64,000 nucleotides of DNA from Carcharhinus longimanus. Taxonomy: Eukaryota. Below are positions 25,050 through 38,239 of the stretch, in pieces (position 1 is the first letter of the stretch; each line of letters starts with the position of its first letter). The stretch spans positions 116,008,012 to 116,072,011 of the forward strand of contig JASCQW010000061.1 in NCBI GenBank assembly GCA_030264375.1, written 5' to 3'. The translations under genes and the position numbers were made by a program. Below the pieces are notes generated by a model. It was given only the letters and a program-made list of their open reading frames with translations. It was not told the DNA's origin and searched no databases.

Positions 25050-25925
25050 TGGTCGGGATTCCCCCCCCCAAAAAAGCTAAGTGCTCATCAGGAGGGAAAA
25101 CGAGAGATTTTCCCGCCTGCTTTTTGGGTGTACTTAGTTTCACACAGAGTGCCTCAGGGAGATTCACACCGGAAAGTGGGGAAAGCGGAGCCTCATCCCG
25201 CTGGAGAGACTAGAATCAGCACGCTGAGTGCACCACTATGCGTGCACCAATCTGTCAGTGGGAAATTCAGTGCATGCTCACTTGGCCCCCCTGCCCTCCC
25301 CCCCACTCCCCCATCACTAGCCCCACGCAGCTAGCCCCAATCTTCCTCCCCCCTTCCCACCCCACCATGTGTCACTACAATCTCCGTCCCACACCCTCCT
25401 CCCATAGCCCACCCAGATTTTCTTCCCCACTTCACAATGGGCAGCCCAGAGCTGTCCACCCCCCCACCCCCCATGGGTAGCCCCGATTGCCTCCCTCTCC
25501 CATAAATCACATTGTACAGTGTGCAACAGATCTCCCCACACCCTCCTCCAACCACTGATCAACCCCTGAAAGGCCCGAACCCAGAAGCCCTCTCCCCGGC
25601 ACTGCACCTTGGCGGTACCCAATGGGCAGTGCCAGGCTGATAGTTTATGGAGACCATTTGTAATCCCCATTAGTGAGAACATCTCCCAGCAGGGGTGGGG
25701 AGACACTTGCAGGCCCAGAGACTGCTGATATTGAAATATCAAATTCAATATTATAATCAGCCCAACGTTGGTTTCCAGCATGATGCTGATTACATCAGAA
25801 AACATTGCCTGGGAGACACATGATTGGCTGGACGCCGGTCATGAGTCACGCTACAGGTCCCCTGCTGATGTCTCCCGGCCTACTGTGCTACTTGATCAGT
25901 GCAGCAGACCGGGAGAGTCACTCCC
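25050..25925. mobile_element. GC-rich non-autonomous DNA element (MITE-like) with C-rich core
   Basis: Termini ggtcgggattcccc / gggagagtcactcccc imperfectly inverted; poly-C low-complexity middle; similar GC-rich element at ~61054-61560. Confidence 0.5.
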
Positions 25926-25929
25926 CTAA

Positions 25930-26670
25930 AGCTAGTGCCTCTGTCCTGCTGTAACTTCATTCCCTTTCATCGCCCTCCCTGATCACTGAGGCTGAACAAG
26001 ACTGTTTGCAACCTTGGCATTCAGTTTGCCTCTGAGATGACCTGCTGACCTTCATCACCCAGATCACTGACTTCCATCGCCATCATGATGCCCAACTCTG
26101 CCCGTGTCAGCCCATCTTTTGCTACTATAAGACTCAACTATTTCAGTGATCTCCTGGCCAAACTCGTATTTTCCATGTGAACACCAGCTCTTCCAAACCT
26201 CTGCTGCCCAAATCCTAACTCACCAAGATCCACATTCCTATCACCCCTGCGCTCAATGCCCAAAATTAACTCAGTCCCTAAATTCTTCAGTTTAGAATTC
26301 TCATCCTTTTTTTAAGGTCCTTCGTGTCCTCGCCTCTTCCTACTTCTGTACTCTTACAGTTGCCAAACCATGCCCTCTGCCCCTCTCAAAAACACCTTCT
26401 GGTCTTCCATCTCTGGATTTCTGTGCTTCTCCAACTCATCCATAGCAGCAGGCAAAGTCACGACTTCCTTTGCTGAGGCCCTAATCTGTGGAATTCCCTC
26501 CACCCCTTGGATTTCTCCAAGTCCCTTCCTCACTCTCTCCCTTTGGTCTTTAAAATGGGCTCCTGTGATCAGGTTCCTGGTCTCCTGTCCTGATGTTGCC
26601 TACTTTGGCTTGGTATCTATTATTGTCTCATTATGGTTCTGCGGAGCCATCTTTGGAATGGTTTCATTGT
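25930..26670 (+). mobile_element. L2-like LINE 3' remnant
   Basis: agactcaactatttc...ctcctggcc, tcctatcacccctgcgctc, ctgtggaattccctcc: typical L2 3' region text. Confidence 0.6.
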
Positions 26671-28142
26671 ATTCTAAGAAGAAATTACTTATGGCTTATG
26701 TCCATAGTTATATGGAGATCTTTTGAGGCCAATTCTGGATCAGCCTCAAGTCACTAATAAATGCTGTGTAGTCAAGACTGAATTTCCCAAACTTAGTAAA
26801 CTTAAAAGTTCGAAAGAGTTACCAAAATGTTATGGGAGAAAAAGCATCACCTTTCTATCTATCTTTATTCTCATGCTTGTACAGTTTTCACTGTTTTTCA
26901 AGATGTATTTTGTATCCTGAGCATATCTGGTTTCTTACAGTGAGTGATGTAAAATAATGCCACACCACAACTGAAAATTTTATATTTAAGTTGAATTCCT
27001 ATCCTCTGGCTTCTTTCCCCTTTAGTTTATTTCCCTGAGTGACCAGCAGCCTTCTCCAGTTGAGTAGGTTGGGTGGGAGGTCTGGATTACTAAACTCTGG
27101 ATCTCTCCCTAAATGTCTTAATTTACTTACCTCTCTAATGCTTGTGCTTTAGATTTGAAGTTCATTACAGTGACGTTTAGCATCACCTCTGAGAGAGTAT
27201 TCGCCAGGTCTTTGGTGAAACCTAAACCGCCAGTAAATTGATTGCCTGAGAAGATTCGCTAAAAAAAAAGTGCAATAAGAAGATGTCCTTTCATTCTCAG
27301 ATGGTTCATTCCTCAGAGGAAGCCACTGATTTAGTCTGTTGGGCTTTGTACTTACAAGGCTACAACAGTCACAGGAATTGTTTATGGGTTGCAGCATTTA
27401 TATCAAAAATTATTCTATGTCTGAGTATCAAACTTGTCACATGTTAACTAATTTGCCCTCAAGATGAAATTATGATCAAATGCAATGTGACTTGAGTTAC
27501 TGAATTAGCTTCTCATTCACTCTGATTTTCATAAATCCAGATGTAATCAATAAATAACTTAGATCACAAGTACCTACCCTAGCTTTTTAAAACACAGGAT
27601 TTTATTGTATCCTGAAGTGTATATAATTTAGACTGATGATGGTATAATTAGAATCCCTCAGAGTAAATACTCTAATGCCATGACCCATTCAGATAAAATA
27701 CATGTAGTTATGTAGAAGTCTAAATGCCTAGCATTGGCTGTGATTGAACATAGGGGCAACCCCAATATTGCTATCTATCTTATAACTGGGTGTCAATGGA
27801 CAGAAAAGGCTTCTGGATCAAACTTTACAAGATATGTTTAACTTAGTGTCTGATTCAGGTTTCGCTAATTGTTGATGATCTTCCTTGTTTTGGCTACATT
27901 TGAGGAAAATGGGAATTATGGTGTTATTCCAAACAGTTGCTAATTGTGGTTTCCAAACTAGTCTTTAAGAGATTTCATTATTTTAAGAGCACTAACATCC
28001 TACAGGGTAGAATGGGATTGAGAGGTTGGAATTCAGCACTTAGGTAAGACGTTGATTTGGAATTGAGAAGCACATGAATATTGTGCATTGGCCCAGGACA
28101 TAAAACTGCCTCCCAACAATAGCTTCTATTCTACCTCCACAG

Positions 28143-28279
28143 CATTCATAACTGGACTGTTGAACAATATTGGGACACATGTTGATCCTATCCTTTTGAT
28201 TTACCGAATAAAGGAAGGCATGGAGATCCCTAACCTGCGGGATTCGCTAGTGAAGATCCTTCAAGATTATAACTTGCAG
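28143..28279 (+). CDS. VPS41: VPS41 coding exon (P-FITGLLNNIGTHVDPILLIYRIKEGMEIPNLRDSLVKILQDYNLQ)
   Basis: ccacag|cattc...ttgcag|gtcagt; 137 nt, phase 1/0; directly continues the 15959-16099 exon. Confidence 0.97.
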
Positions 28280-29734
28280 GTCAGTTTCAGTGGGAGACAT
28301 AGGGGGAATTGGAAGAAAAAGAGCAAAGAAAGCATTGGGTAGAATTTCCACAGGAGTTTGGCTAAAGAAGACTGAGAGATAGAAATGCAGTGGGATCTGT
28401 GGAGAGGGGACTGAGAAGTGGGAAACTAGATTTTCACTTATATCAACTCCCTGGCCCCGTTCTCAGCAATCCACAATGCCCATGGTAATATCATTTGATA
28501 TAAAACCATAATCCAAAAAAGTGTCCAATTTGACCCCAGTAGGCAATCCACTAGTATATATTGAAGGTCTTAGGGAGAACAGACACTAGCTATAAACATC
28601 ACACTCAGGCACGATTCAGCTGGGACTGAATATACCATGAGTCATTTTGCTAGATTTTTTTTTACTTTTTGTCCTCCTGTGTTCCTCAGTGCAAACCAGA
28701 AATCAAGCCTAGGACCTTCTTAATCTGTGTGGAGTTTAGTGACTTTTTTTATGCACCTTCACACTTTTTCCCTTTGGTTAATAGTGGGGAGGTGGTGGAA
28801 GGATTCCTAGCTGGTTTAATGTCAAACTGCATCTTGAATGCTCTTTACATGGACAGCAAGTCCTGACTTGAATCTAGAGCTTCCAGGGACATTACCATTG
28901 TCCACATGATCTCCACAGCCACCGACTGGCTGAACTTGATGAGATGTTGTGGACAACCAGAACAAACTGCTGAGGACAGACGGTGTTTAAGCTCAAGAGT
29001 ATCACTGAGGGGCAAGTAGAGTTAAATAGTGAGATCAATGGAATCAAAACTCAACTCCTTTTGTTTTAACCACCGAGGCTTTTGGAGCATTTGAGGATAT
29101 GTAGACACATAAATTATAACATATGAGGCATTGTTAATGATAGTTTGACAGTGAGTTTAAGTTAACGCTATCCTACATGGGTTTCCCAAACCACTGGAAA
29201 TGTAACAGCTGAGGGCAGAATGGATTGAGGAGGTTCTTGCTTTCTACAGTCCTGCTTGTGCACCACGAGGAACAAAAGTGTCCCTCCCAGCCTCACACTC
29301 AAATATTCTGCAATAGTCTGTCAGCCTTCAGTCCCCACACCCTGCCTCCTCATATATATCATGGCACTCCAAACTAGTGCATTAGGACAAGAGTTGTCAT
29401 CTGATCTCATTAGAGATGCCAATGCTTGTAAAGAGTGAGGCAGTACAGCAAGTTTTAACACATGTATTTTTGTAAGTGACTCCATTTTTAATGTTCTCAA
29501 TTTTTGGGTTTATCTAGTCAATAGTGGAGTTCAAATCTCAACTGAATGAGCTCCAAGTGAGGACAGGTTCTTGCAAGTTTTTAATAAGTTAGAAGCTTTT
29601 GAGCTGACTGTCACATGGTTCCTGGTTTTCAATTAACTAGTGCAGAATAGTGTCAATTTACCTTTGAATCAATTTGGTTCAAATCTGAATGTTGCATAAT
29701 GTAGAGTAACAATTCAGTGTAATTCTCAAAGGTG

Positions 29735-30025
29735 CCTTTTTTCGGTTGAGATGTTAGATTAAACCATTATCTCAATCCCCACCGCCCTCCCCTGTTCCCA
29801 TGGCACTATCTGAAGAACAGGGAATTGTCTCTTTGTCCTGACCCATGTTCTTCCCTCGATCAACACCATCTAAAACCAATAAACTGATCATTCAACTTAT
29901 TTGTTGTTTATGAACCTTGTTTTTCAAAAACTAGTGGCTACTCTTTTTTGTGTCCCTCATGAATTGGCTGCAAAGTATTTTGGAATATCCAAGGGACATA
30001 GGTTCTACATAAATGCAAGTTCTTA
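29735..30025 (+). mobile_element. SacSINE1/Deu-type SINE 3' part
   Basis: cccatggcactatctgaagaacaggg...tacataaatgcaagttct. Confidence 0.55.
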
Positions 30026-30186
30026 CTTTACTGTTATCCAACGTCAGTTTTGTTCCATGACAAGAGTAGAACGCAACCTCTCTCTTTACCTCCTCGCCCA
30101 CCTTGGTGGTATCTTAGTAGTAAATTGTCTTAGATAAGAGAATATTTTTTATTGTTACAGCTGTACTTGTTTTTTCTCTCTTGCAG

Positions 30187-30286
30187 ATTTTGCTGCGGGA
30201 GGGATGTAAAAAGATTATTGTTTCTGATTGTCTGACATTGCTGAAAAAAATGCATAAAACGCAGCTGAGAGGAGTTTGCGTTGATG
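30187..30286 (+). CDS. VPS41: VPS41 coding exon (ILLREGCKKIIVSDCLTLLKKMHKTQLRGVCVD+g)
   Basis: ttgcag|attttg...gatg|gtaaaa; 100 nt, phase 0/1; human ILLREGCKKILVADSLSLLKKMHRTQMKGVLVD. Confidence 0.96.
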
Positions 30287-30649
30287 GTAAAATAAAATTT
30301 TGAGTCTATCCATTCAACAGAGCTTGCTGCACCTTTAGTGTACAAGTGAAGCTGTAATTAAAATTGTGCTGACAGTCAATGTTATTGAGTATTTCTGCTT
30401 TATCCTTAGAAATATTCTGTGGGGAATTACATTTTCACACTGAATAACTATTGACTCATCACACTGTTCAACCTTCAATAAATTGTGTTCAAAGTTAAAA
30501 TACAAATTTAACTCTAATGATGAAACATCACGGTCAATACAGTTAAATTTAAAAACCTGCTTTATAGATGGAATTTGACTTTTTTTTGCTACTTCCTTGG
30601 GGTCGCTCCTGGTTTTAATGTTTTTAAATTATTGTCTGTCAAACTAAAG

Positions 30650-31590
30650 AATGAGTGATGGTGTGGCTATAAATGTGGCACAGGGACATAAAGCAGAAAG
30701 TAGTGGTGAAAGGCACCCTTCAAACAGGGCAATAAATACACCATGGGGTTTACCAAGTGTCGGTATTAAGACTGCTACATTTTTGCTGTATTTTAATCAT
30801 CTGGACAGTTACAGAGGGCATAATCCAAAGTTTGCAGACATCATTAAACTCAGATCTTGCAATCATTAAGAAGAATAGTAGTAAACTAAAGGAGGGCATA
30901 GACAAATTGGTGCAATGGGCAGACATGGCAGATTATATTTTATATATACTTTTAAGTGATGCACTTTGGAAGAATGAGATACAATAAAAGCGAAATTGTA
31001 TAATTTTAAAGAATGCAAAATTAGAGACCTGTGGCTCTACATATTTAAATCTTTGAAGATGATATGACAAGTTACTAAGACTTTATAAGTACATCAAGAA
31101 TACAGAAGCAAGGTCGTTACTCTAAACTTTTAGAAACCATTGGTTAGCCCTCAACTGTAGTAATGCACAATTCTATGTGCCACAATTTATAAACAATGCA
31201 AAGGTTTGGAAAGGGTGTAGTAAAAATGATTTGCTAAAATGGTACCAGAGCCCAGGGAGTTCAGTTATGTGGAGACGCTAGAGAAGATGAGATTGTTTGT
31301 TAGAGCACAAAAGTTAAGGAATCATTTAACAAGGGTCAAACTATGAAATATTTTAATGGAATGAAAAGGAGAAACAGCCTCCAGGGGCACAAGGGTTGAT
31401 AACCAAAGAATGCAGATTGAAGATAATTGGCAAAAGAACTAGTGAGGTTTTTTTTTATATGTAAAAGGTTATGATAATCTGGAATGCACTGCTTGATAGG
31501 GTGGTTAAAGTCAGTGTAGTAGTAATGTTCAGAAAGGGATTGGGTATGTATTTAAAAAGGAAAACATTGCAGTCCCATGGAGACAGAGAA
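30650..31590 (+). mobile_element. Old CR1 RT remnant
   Basis: PKFADIIKL, IDKLVQWAD, decayed LVxPQL motif. Confidence 0.65.
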
Positions 31591-32560
31591 ACGTAGAAAT
31601 ATTTGTGGCACTGTTGGGGGCCATTCAGCCCATTGTCTATGCTGGCTGAAAAAAGTTATCCAGCCTCTCCCACCTTCTATTTTTTATTTTAAAGCCCTTT
31701 AGGTTTAAGCACCTCAGGTGAATTTCCAAATATTGTTCAAATGCAAGTGTAAATTTCTGCCTTGACGAATCTTTCAGGCAGTGAATTCCATATCCCACCA
31801 CCCTCTGGATGAAAACCTATTCCTCAATTCCCCTCTACCTTTCCATGGATTATTTTAAATTTGTGCTCCCTGGTTAATGATCTTACTGTGAACAAAAATA
31901 AATATTTCCTCATCATTCTGGTATGATAACTGGCAAGTTACATGCAAGCCACACTAATGCCAGGCAATGACCATCTCCAACAAGAGGTAATCCAACAATC
32001 TACCCTTGACATTCAATGGCGCCACCATTGCTGAATCCCCCACAATTCATAACCTTGGGGCGGAGTTACCATTAATCCGAAACTGAAATAGGCCAACAAT
32101 GACAAGTAAGTCATCTCCTGACTCTCCAAAGCCTGTCCACTATCCACAGGCACAAGTCAGGCTGTGATGCAATACTCTCCACTTGTCTGGAGTGCAGCAC
32201 CAGCAGCACTCAAGCTCAACACCATCCAGGACATTGCAGACTGTACCTCATCTAGCACCTTACATAGTCACTTCCTCTACCACCAATGTGCAGTGGCAGT
32301 AGCATATACCATTTACAAGATGCACTACTGCAACTCACCAAGCCTCCTTTGACAGCACCTTCTGAAGGGCAGTGAGGGAATAAGTGGTGGCCTATCCAGT
32401 GAAACCCACGCATCATGAAATAATTTTATAAAACTATCTCAACCTCTCTATCCCTAAAACTAAGCCCAGAACTGAGACTTTTCTTGCTATGTACTGGCTC
32501 AAAAGGTTCTCCTGAATGTATTCTAAGAATTCTGTACCTTTCAGACTGATTTTTATCCCA

Positions 32561-32878
32561 GGCACTATGGTGGCATAGTGGTTAGCACTGCTGAATCACA
32601 GCCAGGGACCCAGGTTCAATTCCGGCCTTGGGTCACTGTGTGGAGTTTGCACGTTCCCCCCATGTCTGTGTGGGTTTCCTTCGGGTACTCTGGCTTTTCC
32701 ATACTCCACAAATGTGCGGTTTAGATTGATTGGCCATGCAAACTTGCCCCTTCGTGTCAGGGGGACTAACAGGGTAAATATGTGGGGTTACAGGGATACA
32801 GCCTGGGTGGGATTGTTGTTGGTTCAGGCTGGATGGGCCACATAGCTTCCTTCTGCATGTACGGATTCTATAATTCTA
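32561..32878 (+). mobile_element. HE1-type SINE
   Basis: ggtggcatagtggttagcactgctg...ccaggttcaattcc head; ttctataattcta tail. Confidence 0.85.
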
Positions 32879-33055
32879 ATACTTAAGCAGAGGAGTAGCA
32901 TTTTTTAAAAGCCAGCACAGATACAATGGGCCAAATTACTTCCTGCTATGTAATGTGATTCTGTGAATGATTTGGCTTGGGGTCAGATAACTATTCTTTG
33001 ATAGAAATGATGTCTTGTCAACAGAATATACAATAATCACTCTGTTTCCTTGCAG

Positions 33056-33100
33056 AAGAGAATATTTGTGAATCATGTCATTCACCCATATTGCCTGCAG
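33056..33100 (+). CDS. VPS41: VPS41 coding exon (EENICESCHSPILPA+g), start of RING-H2
   Basis: ttgcag|aagag...gcag|gtgggt; 45 nt, phase 1/1; human EENICESCLSPILPS. Confidence 0.94.
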
Positions 33101-36100
33101 GTGGGTAACATAAATGGAGAAAAAGGCTTGTAAATCTGAAAAAATACAAAACACTTTGTCATGTTCTTTATGTGGTATAAAGTAAAACTCAGTGTAATTT
33201 TACCTATATTCAGTGGCAGGATGCATGATACAGCAGTTCAGTTTAGTCAAAGTCCCTTTCTGCAGATGTATTTCTTTTAGCTTTCTTTTCTTCTCTTCAT
33301 TTGATGTTAAAATCATAAGTTCAGTGTTGAATTATTATTTTCACTTCGCATGCAGGATTATTTACCCGATTCCTTTCCTCTTTTGAGTAAAGAGAACAGC
33401 CCCTGTGAGTCAGTGGAGTTTTCATTCATGTATTGGCTTATCTAAAATATTCAATCTGGTATATGTCTGTAGCTCAGGAAAGAATATTTGTTTTGTTTAT
33501 GGCGGGCAAACTATTCTGTCTCAAATTCCTCTTCAAACCGCCTAAGTGAAATACTGTTTTATTTTCACTTTCTCACTATTATTAACAGTGCAAATTGCCA
33601 TGATGAGATTTGACCCCACAATCAGTGGCGTGCTAGTCTGGTATCATTACCTACTGTTTTGTGGCATCCAAGTTCACCCTATTCTGTCGACAGGACTTGA
33701 ATTACAACAGAAGCTATTTTATGACTTCAGTTCAGGGCCTTATTTATGAAACCCCTTTCATTACTAAAAATATTGAGGATTGAGGTGTTTAAAACGTTTG
33801 AAAGGATTGGATCGTGTAGATGGATCTGCAGATCAAGGAACCCTTCCCTTTAGTGGAAGAAGTCAAGAATGAGGGGTCGTCATTGAACATTAGAGCTTGA
33901 CAATTTAAAAAGGAAATCAGAAAGCTCTTTTTCATAACAGATGGGAATAGAAATTTGCAATTCTCCACCCCAAAAATAGTAGATTCCAAACAGTGGGAGC
34001 TTTCAAAACAGGATATTCTAATTACTAAGTTAAGGTTTAAAGGAATATAAAGCTAAGAAGGATATACGGGGCCAAAGTTTGTTATCCCAACATGGGAAAC
34101 TGTCAGCGGGGAGAAAAAGTGGTGGACAAGAGCCGGTTCCAAAGTTTCCACCCCCCTTCCTGTTGTGTGGTATATCGAAGTATACCAGGTACTGGTGCAG
34201 GTCACAAATCCACAAACAGCAGTTCTAATGCAAACAGCCCCATTGCAGTGGTGGTGATTTGCAATATTCATGGAATTGGACTGGCTTCTGAAAGATCCCC
34301 AAAATGGGAGATGTGGTTCATTCAATTCAGGGGTTTGTGAACCACATAGAAGGCCTGTTATGGAATTGGAAACCTTCTAATAGGTAAATTCAAAGGCTGT
34401 GGCTAACTTTACATGTCATAATATAATGCTGTTTTATAATTTGTGTGATTTTAATGTGGTGATTGATGATAGATGCTTTGTTTAGAAAGGTAAATTTATC
34501 AGCGTTGTGAAAGTGGAATAGTTCTCAGATACATTAGTTTAAAGTGCATTTCTGCATTGAACAGTATTGAGAAATCAATTTAACTACGTCAGTAGCTTCC
34601 TGTACTGGACTTCTTTTCATCAGTTGACAAGTCAGCCATCTGTTTTGACTTTGAAACTGTGCAACAGGTCTGTTAACTACTTCAAAAGCTTTAATGTGTT
34701 CAGCTCCAGAGGTTTGGTTGATATAATGCAGTGGAATCTCATTACAGACGCTTGGCCGAGCTCCAAATACCACTAATCGATTCAGCTCAACAGGGATTGT
34801 TGATACAATTGTCCAGGGGAATTTTGAGATTTTGTTTAGATTGACAGTTTTATAAACTCCTAGAGGATTAAGTTTTAAGCGTTTTCTAAATGGCTGTTTT
34901 TTTATTTTAAGTTTCATAAGCATGTCAAAGACTTTCCAATACTATTGGGCTCATGAATTCTGTCCAAAGTGAATATTGGATGATTGGGAGGGTGGGGGGA
35001 TCAGAGTGGGGCGGGGTGGGGGGTGAAGAAAAGGCATGCAAAGATATTTAGGAACAGGAGAGTATGGAAGGAGCAGGGGATGATATGGGAGATGGCAGAT
35101 GTGAGTGAAGGCATGAGGGCTAGGGTGTCTATCATTGGTACAAAATTAGACCAGTGTCCTAGCGAATGGAGGCAGGCCTTCTAACCTGTCCACCTTGGTG
35201 TCTGCCCACTTGTCTTCCTGCCTTGCACCTGTTTCAAAAGACAGCAACCCTGATTCCAGCCTATCCGCACCACTCTACCTTGAAAATAGTGTGGGTGGTA
35301 AACCACTTGGTCTGCAGTTGCCATCTCGGAGGAAATTTCAGCTCAGGAGTTGAGGCACAAATCAACCAAGTGGTGAAGTAGGCTTGCATGGGTGGCTAGA
35401 ATGCTCCAGTTACGATCCCACTCCATTATTAACAATGGTGTAAAATTTCTGAGTTTCTACATGATTTGTTCAATTGTGTCTGGCACCTTGCTCATGTTTC
35501 GGTGGTGATTGCAATCATAGCCTTATCTGACTCGAATGGTAAATGGTATCAGACCTCGTTTTCTTTAGCCGTTTAATGATCCTTTATTGGGCCAATGATT
35601 CTCAGCAATTGAAGTTTAGAATTCGAAATGGAATGATTGCCAATCACTTTCCTAAATTTGGAACACCTCCAAGTACAATAACACTGCGTCCTCTAATTAA
35701 GCATCATTCGGATCATTTCCAAAATATTTTTCCCTGTTGCCATCTTTACAGACAAAAAACTTTGCTGAAATTATAAATGTACAATTCCTGTTGCTTTTTT
35801 TATCTTCTCAAACTAAATCATTAGATTTTTCTGTCTTGATTGTCTCCCAAAGACTTACTATCATCCATGTTTATCAAACGTATCTTTATTGGCTGCCTCT
35901 GTTTAGAAATTAGCATTGCATATGCTTTCTCCTATCTTTGTGTTCTCATCGTATTTTTGGTGAATCTCTGAAAATGTCCCAAATTTCCAAGTGAACAGAA
36001 GTCCCAGATGGCCTGCAAGAAAGAAAAGTCAGTAAAGTGTCAAATCTCTATTCTCTGTTAAGATCCCATTCAACTTTGACAGATTTCCTTTGTGTGGTCT

Positions 36101-36692
36101 GGGTTACCATGTAGTATTCATCATGTCTGGACAATGAGAGTGGCTTAATAAACTTTGACCTAGTTGTTTTTCAACTCCATGGGGCATCAAGTCAGGGTTC
36201 CATAATTCAGTAAGATTTGCTATCTCGGTTTCCAGTTTCCCATATAATGCTTATCTACCTAAGGGTAGTTCATGTCTCCACACCTCATGGTCTTGCTCTT
36301 CCCTCTTCAGTTGATTCATAAGTGCCTCCCATTTTCAATTTCAATCTGCAACATGACTAGGGAAAATAACATGAGAGGTAGTTTCCCTTTGTTTCCTTTG
36401 AGCACTCATGATGAAGCACATATCCTTTTCCCGAAGGATCTGCTACTACCTGTAAGCAGCCGTTATCCTCCCAGGTTCTAGTCTTCTGCCATTACCCGCA
36501 AAAATCCACTGGCTGCACCACTGGCCGTGGTTCGTAAACCTGAGCATAGGACATTTATCTGGATCTGAGATAACTCTCTAATATCCAACTACCCTCAGAT
36601 CTCAGATAAGCTTATTACTCTATTTTCTTCATACCCTTCTTTGTAGCATTGTTATTTCTTTACTGTACTTAGAGTAAGATCTTTGAATGTAT

Positions 36693-36890
36693 AATAAAAC
36701 AGAAAATGTTGGAAATACTCCGAGTCAGACAGCATCTGTGGAAGGGAACAGAGTTCATGATCAGTCTTGATTATCTGTCATCAGGACCTGAGACGTTAGC
36801 TGTGTTCCCCTCCACAGATACTGTCTGACTTGCTGAACATTTCCAGCATTTTCTGTTTTCATTTCAGAATTCCAGCATCTGCAATATTTT
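36693..36890. mobile_element. Second-family Penelope-derived palindrome
   Basis: aaaacagaaaatgttggaaat...gtcagacagcatctgtgga / tccacagatactgtctgac...atttccagcattttctgtttt inverted arms; single arm also at ~14985-15030. Confidence 0.7.
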
Positions 36891-36948
36891 CCTTTGTATC
36901 TGTGTCCATAATTTCTTTAAGTCAGTATTTTGTGTTTCCTCATTTTAG

Positions 36949-37028
36949 ACACTGCAAAAACATTCAGTGTGGTAGTCTTTCACTGCAGGCACATGTTTCA
37001 CAAGGATTGCCTTCCAGCTCCTGGCATG
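36949..37028 (+). CDS. VPS41: VPS41 coding exon (DTAKTFSVVVFHCRHMFHKDCLPAPGM), RING-H2 core
   Basis: ttttag|acact...ggcatg|gtatgt; 80 nt, phase 1/0; CxHxFHxxC motif. Confidence 0.95.
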
Positions 37029-37289
37029 GTATGTTGTTGTTAGTTTGTGTAGAGCAATAAGGATTATGGAATTTGTGTGAATGTTATTTCCAATTTTTCT
37101 GTATTGTGATTGGAGCTTGTTATATTTGGGGGCACATTGCTCTAACCCTCCATTACTACAACTTGTGATTGATAATAATGATTCGAAGATGGTTTCTTTT
37201 CAGACAAAACTTGAGAAGAAAAAGTTCTAGAACTGAAGCAGGAATGTTTTTCCATGTTTATCCAGCTGCAGTGAGAGGTTCTACTTTAT

Positions 37290-37745
37290 GAATAAGAAGC
37301 AGGAGTAGGCCATTCAGCCCCTCCAGCCTGCTCCACCAGTCAATAAGACCATGAATGATCTCAACCCCACATTCCCATCTACCCCTGATAACCTTTTGTC
37401 CCCTTGCTTATCAAAAATCTGTCTAACTCTGCCTTAAAAATATTCAGACTGCTTCCACTGCCTTTTGAAGAAGGGAGTGCCAGAGACTCATGACCCCCCC
37501 GAAAGAAATAATCTCCTCATCTCTGTATTAAATGAGCATCCCTTATTTTTAAGCAGTAACCCCCTAGTTCTAGGTTCTTCCACGAGATGAAACATTATCT
37601 TCACATTCACCCTGCCAAGACCCCTCAGGATCTCGTATGTTTCAGTCAAGTCTCCTTTTCTAAAGTCCAGCGGGCACAGCCTACCCTGTCTAATCTTTCC
37701 TCCTAAGACAACAGCCCCTTTCCAGATATTAGTCCAGTAAACCTT
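37290..37745 (-). mobile_element. CR1 3' end
   Basis: ataagaagcaggagtaggccattcagccc tail; cccctcaggatctcgtatgtttcagtcaagtc (reverse of LxETYEILRG). Confidence 0.8.
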
Positions 37746-38239
37746 ACGTTAAGTACTATTTGACATCTAGATTTCAGTTTAAATGTTGATAACAAGGTGT
37801 TCTTTGTTTATAGTTTATAATCAATATATATTTGCTCTTGTTTCACTGTATTTTCTAAAATCAACTTTGAGCAGAAGAGCTATAAATCTACACATGTTCC
37901 CAAAAGATCTTTCGTTTGTCTCCTGAGATTTGTTTCTGTGGGTTCTTTCATCTGGAAAGTTTTTTTTTAATCTCATCTTCATATTTATAAGCAAAATGAA
38001 ATCCCTTGTGACATTCTTCTACTCAAACATGAAAAAGCAAGCAGGAAAATGAGAATGTGTACAATCAGTCTCTGAAAGGGGATTAATCTGCTTAGGCAGC
38101 AAGGATTGACTGGCTGCATCAGGCTTGAAAGATTTTTATGAGGGTGAAATTAATTCTGGGCTGATAGTGCATGAATGGATGGTAGAGAATTGCAGCAAAC
38201 CAGGCACTTTTCTTTTCCACTGAGCAACAGCAGCACCAA

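Noticed and set aside
25317-25805. 162-aa Gly-rich ORF
   Set aside because: Arises from a poly-C/G low-complexity repeat core
28300-28330. WKKKSKE, resembling the next dynein exon (QEWKKKS)
   Set aside because: It is read-through past the VPS41 donor at 28280 with no surrounding dynein similarity; coincidence
34534-34923. 129-aa minus-strand ORF
   Set aside because: No domain recognised; length plausible by chance
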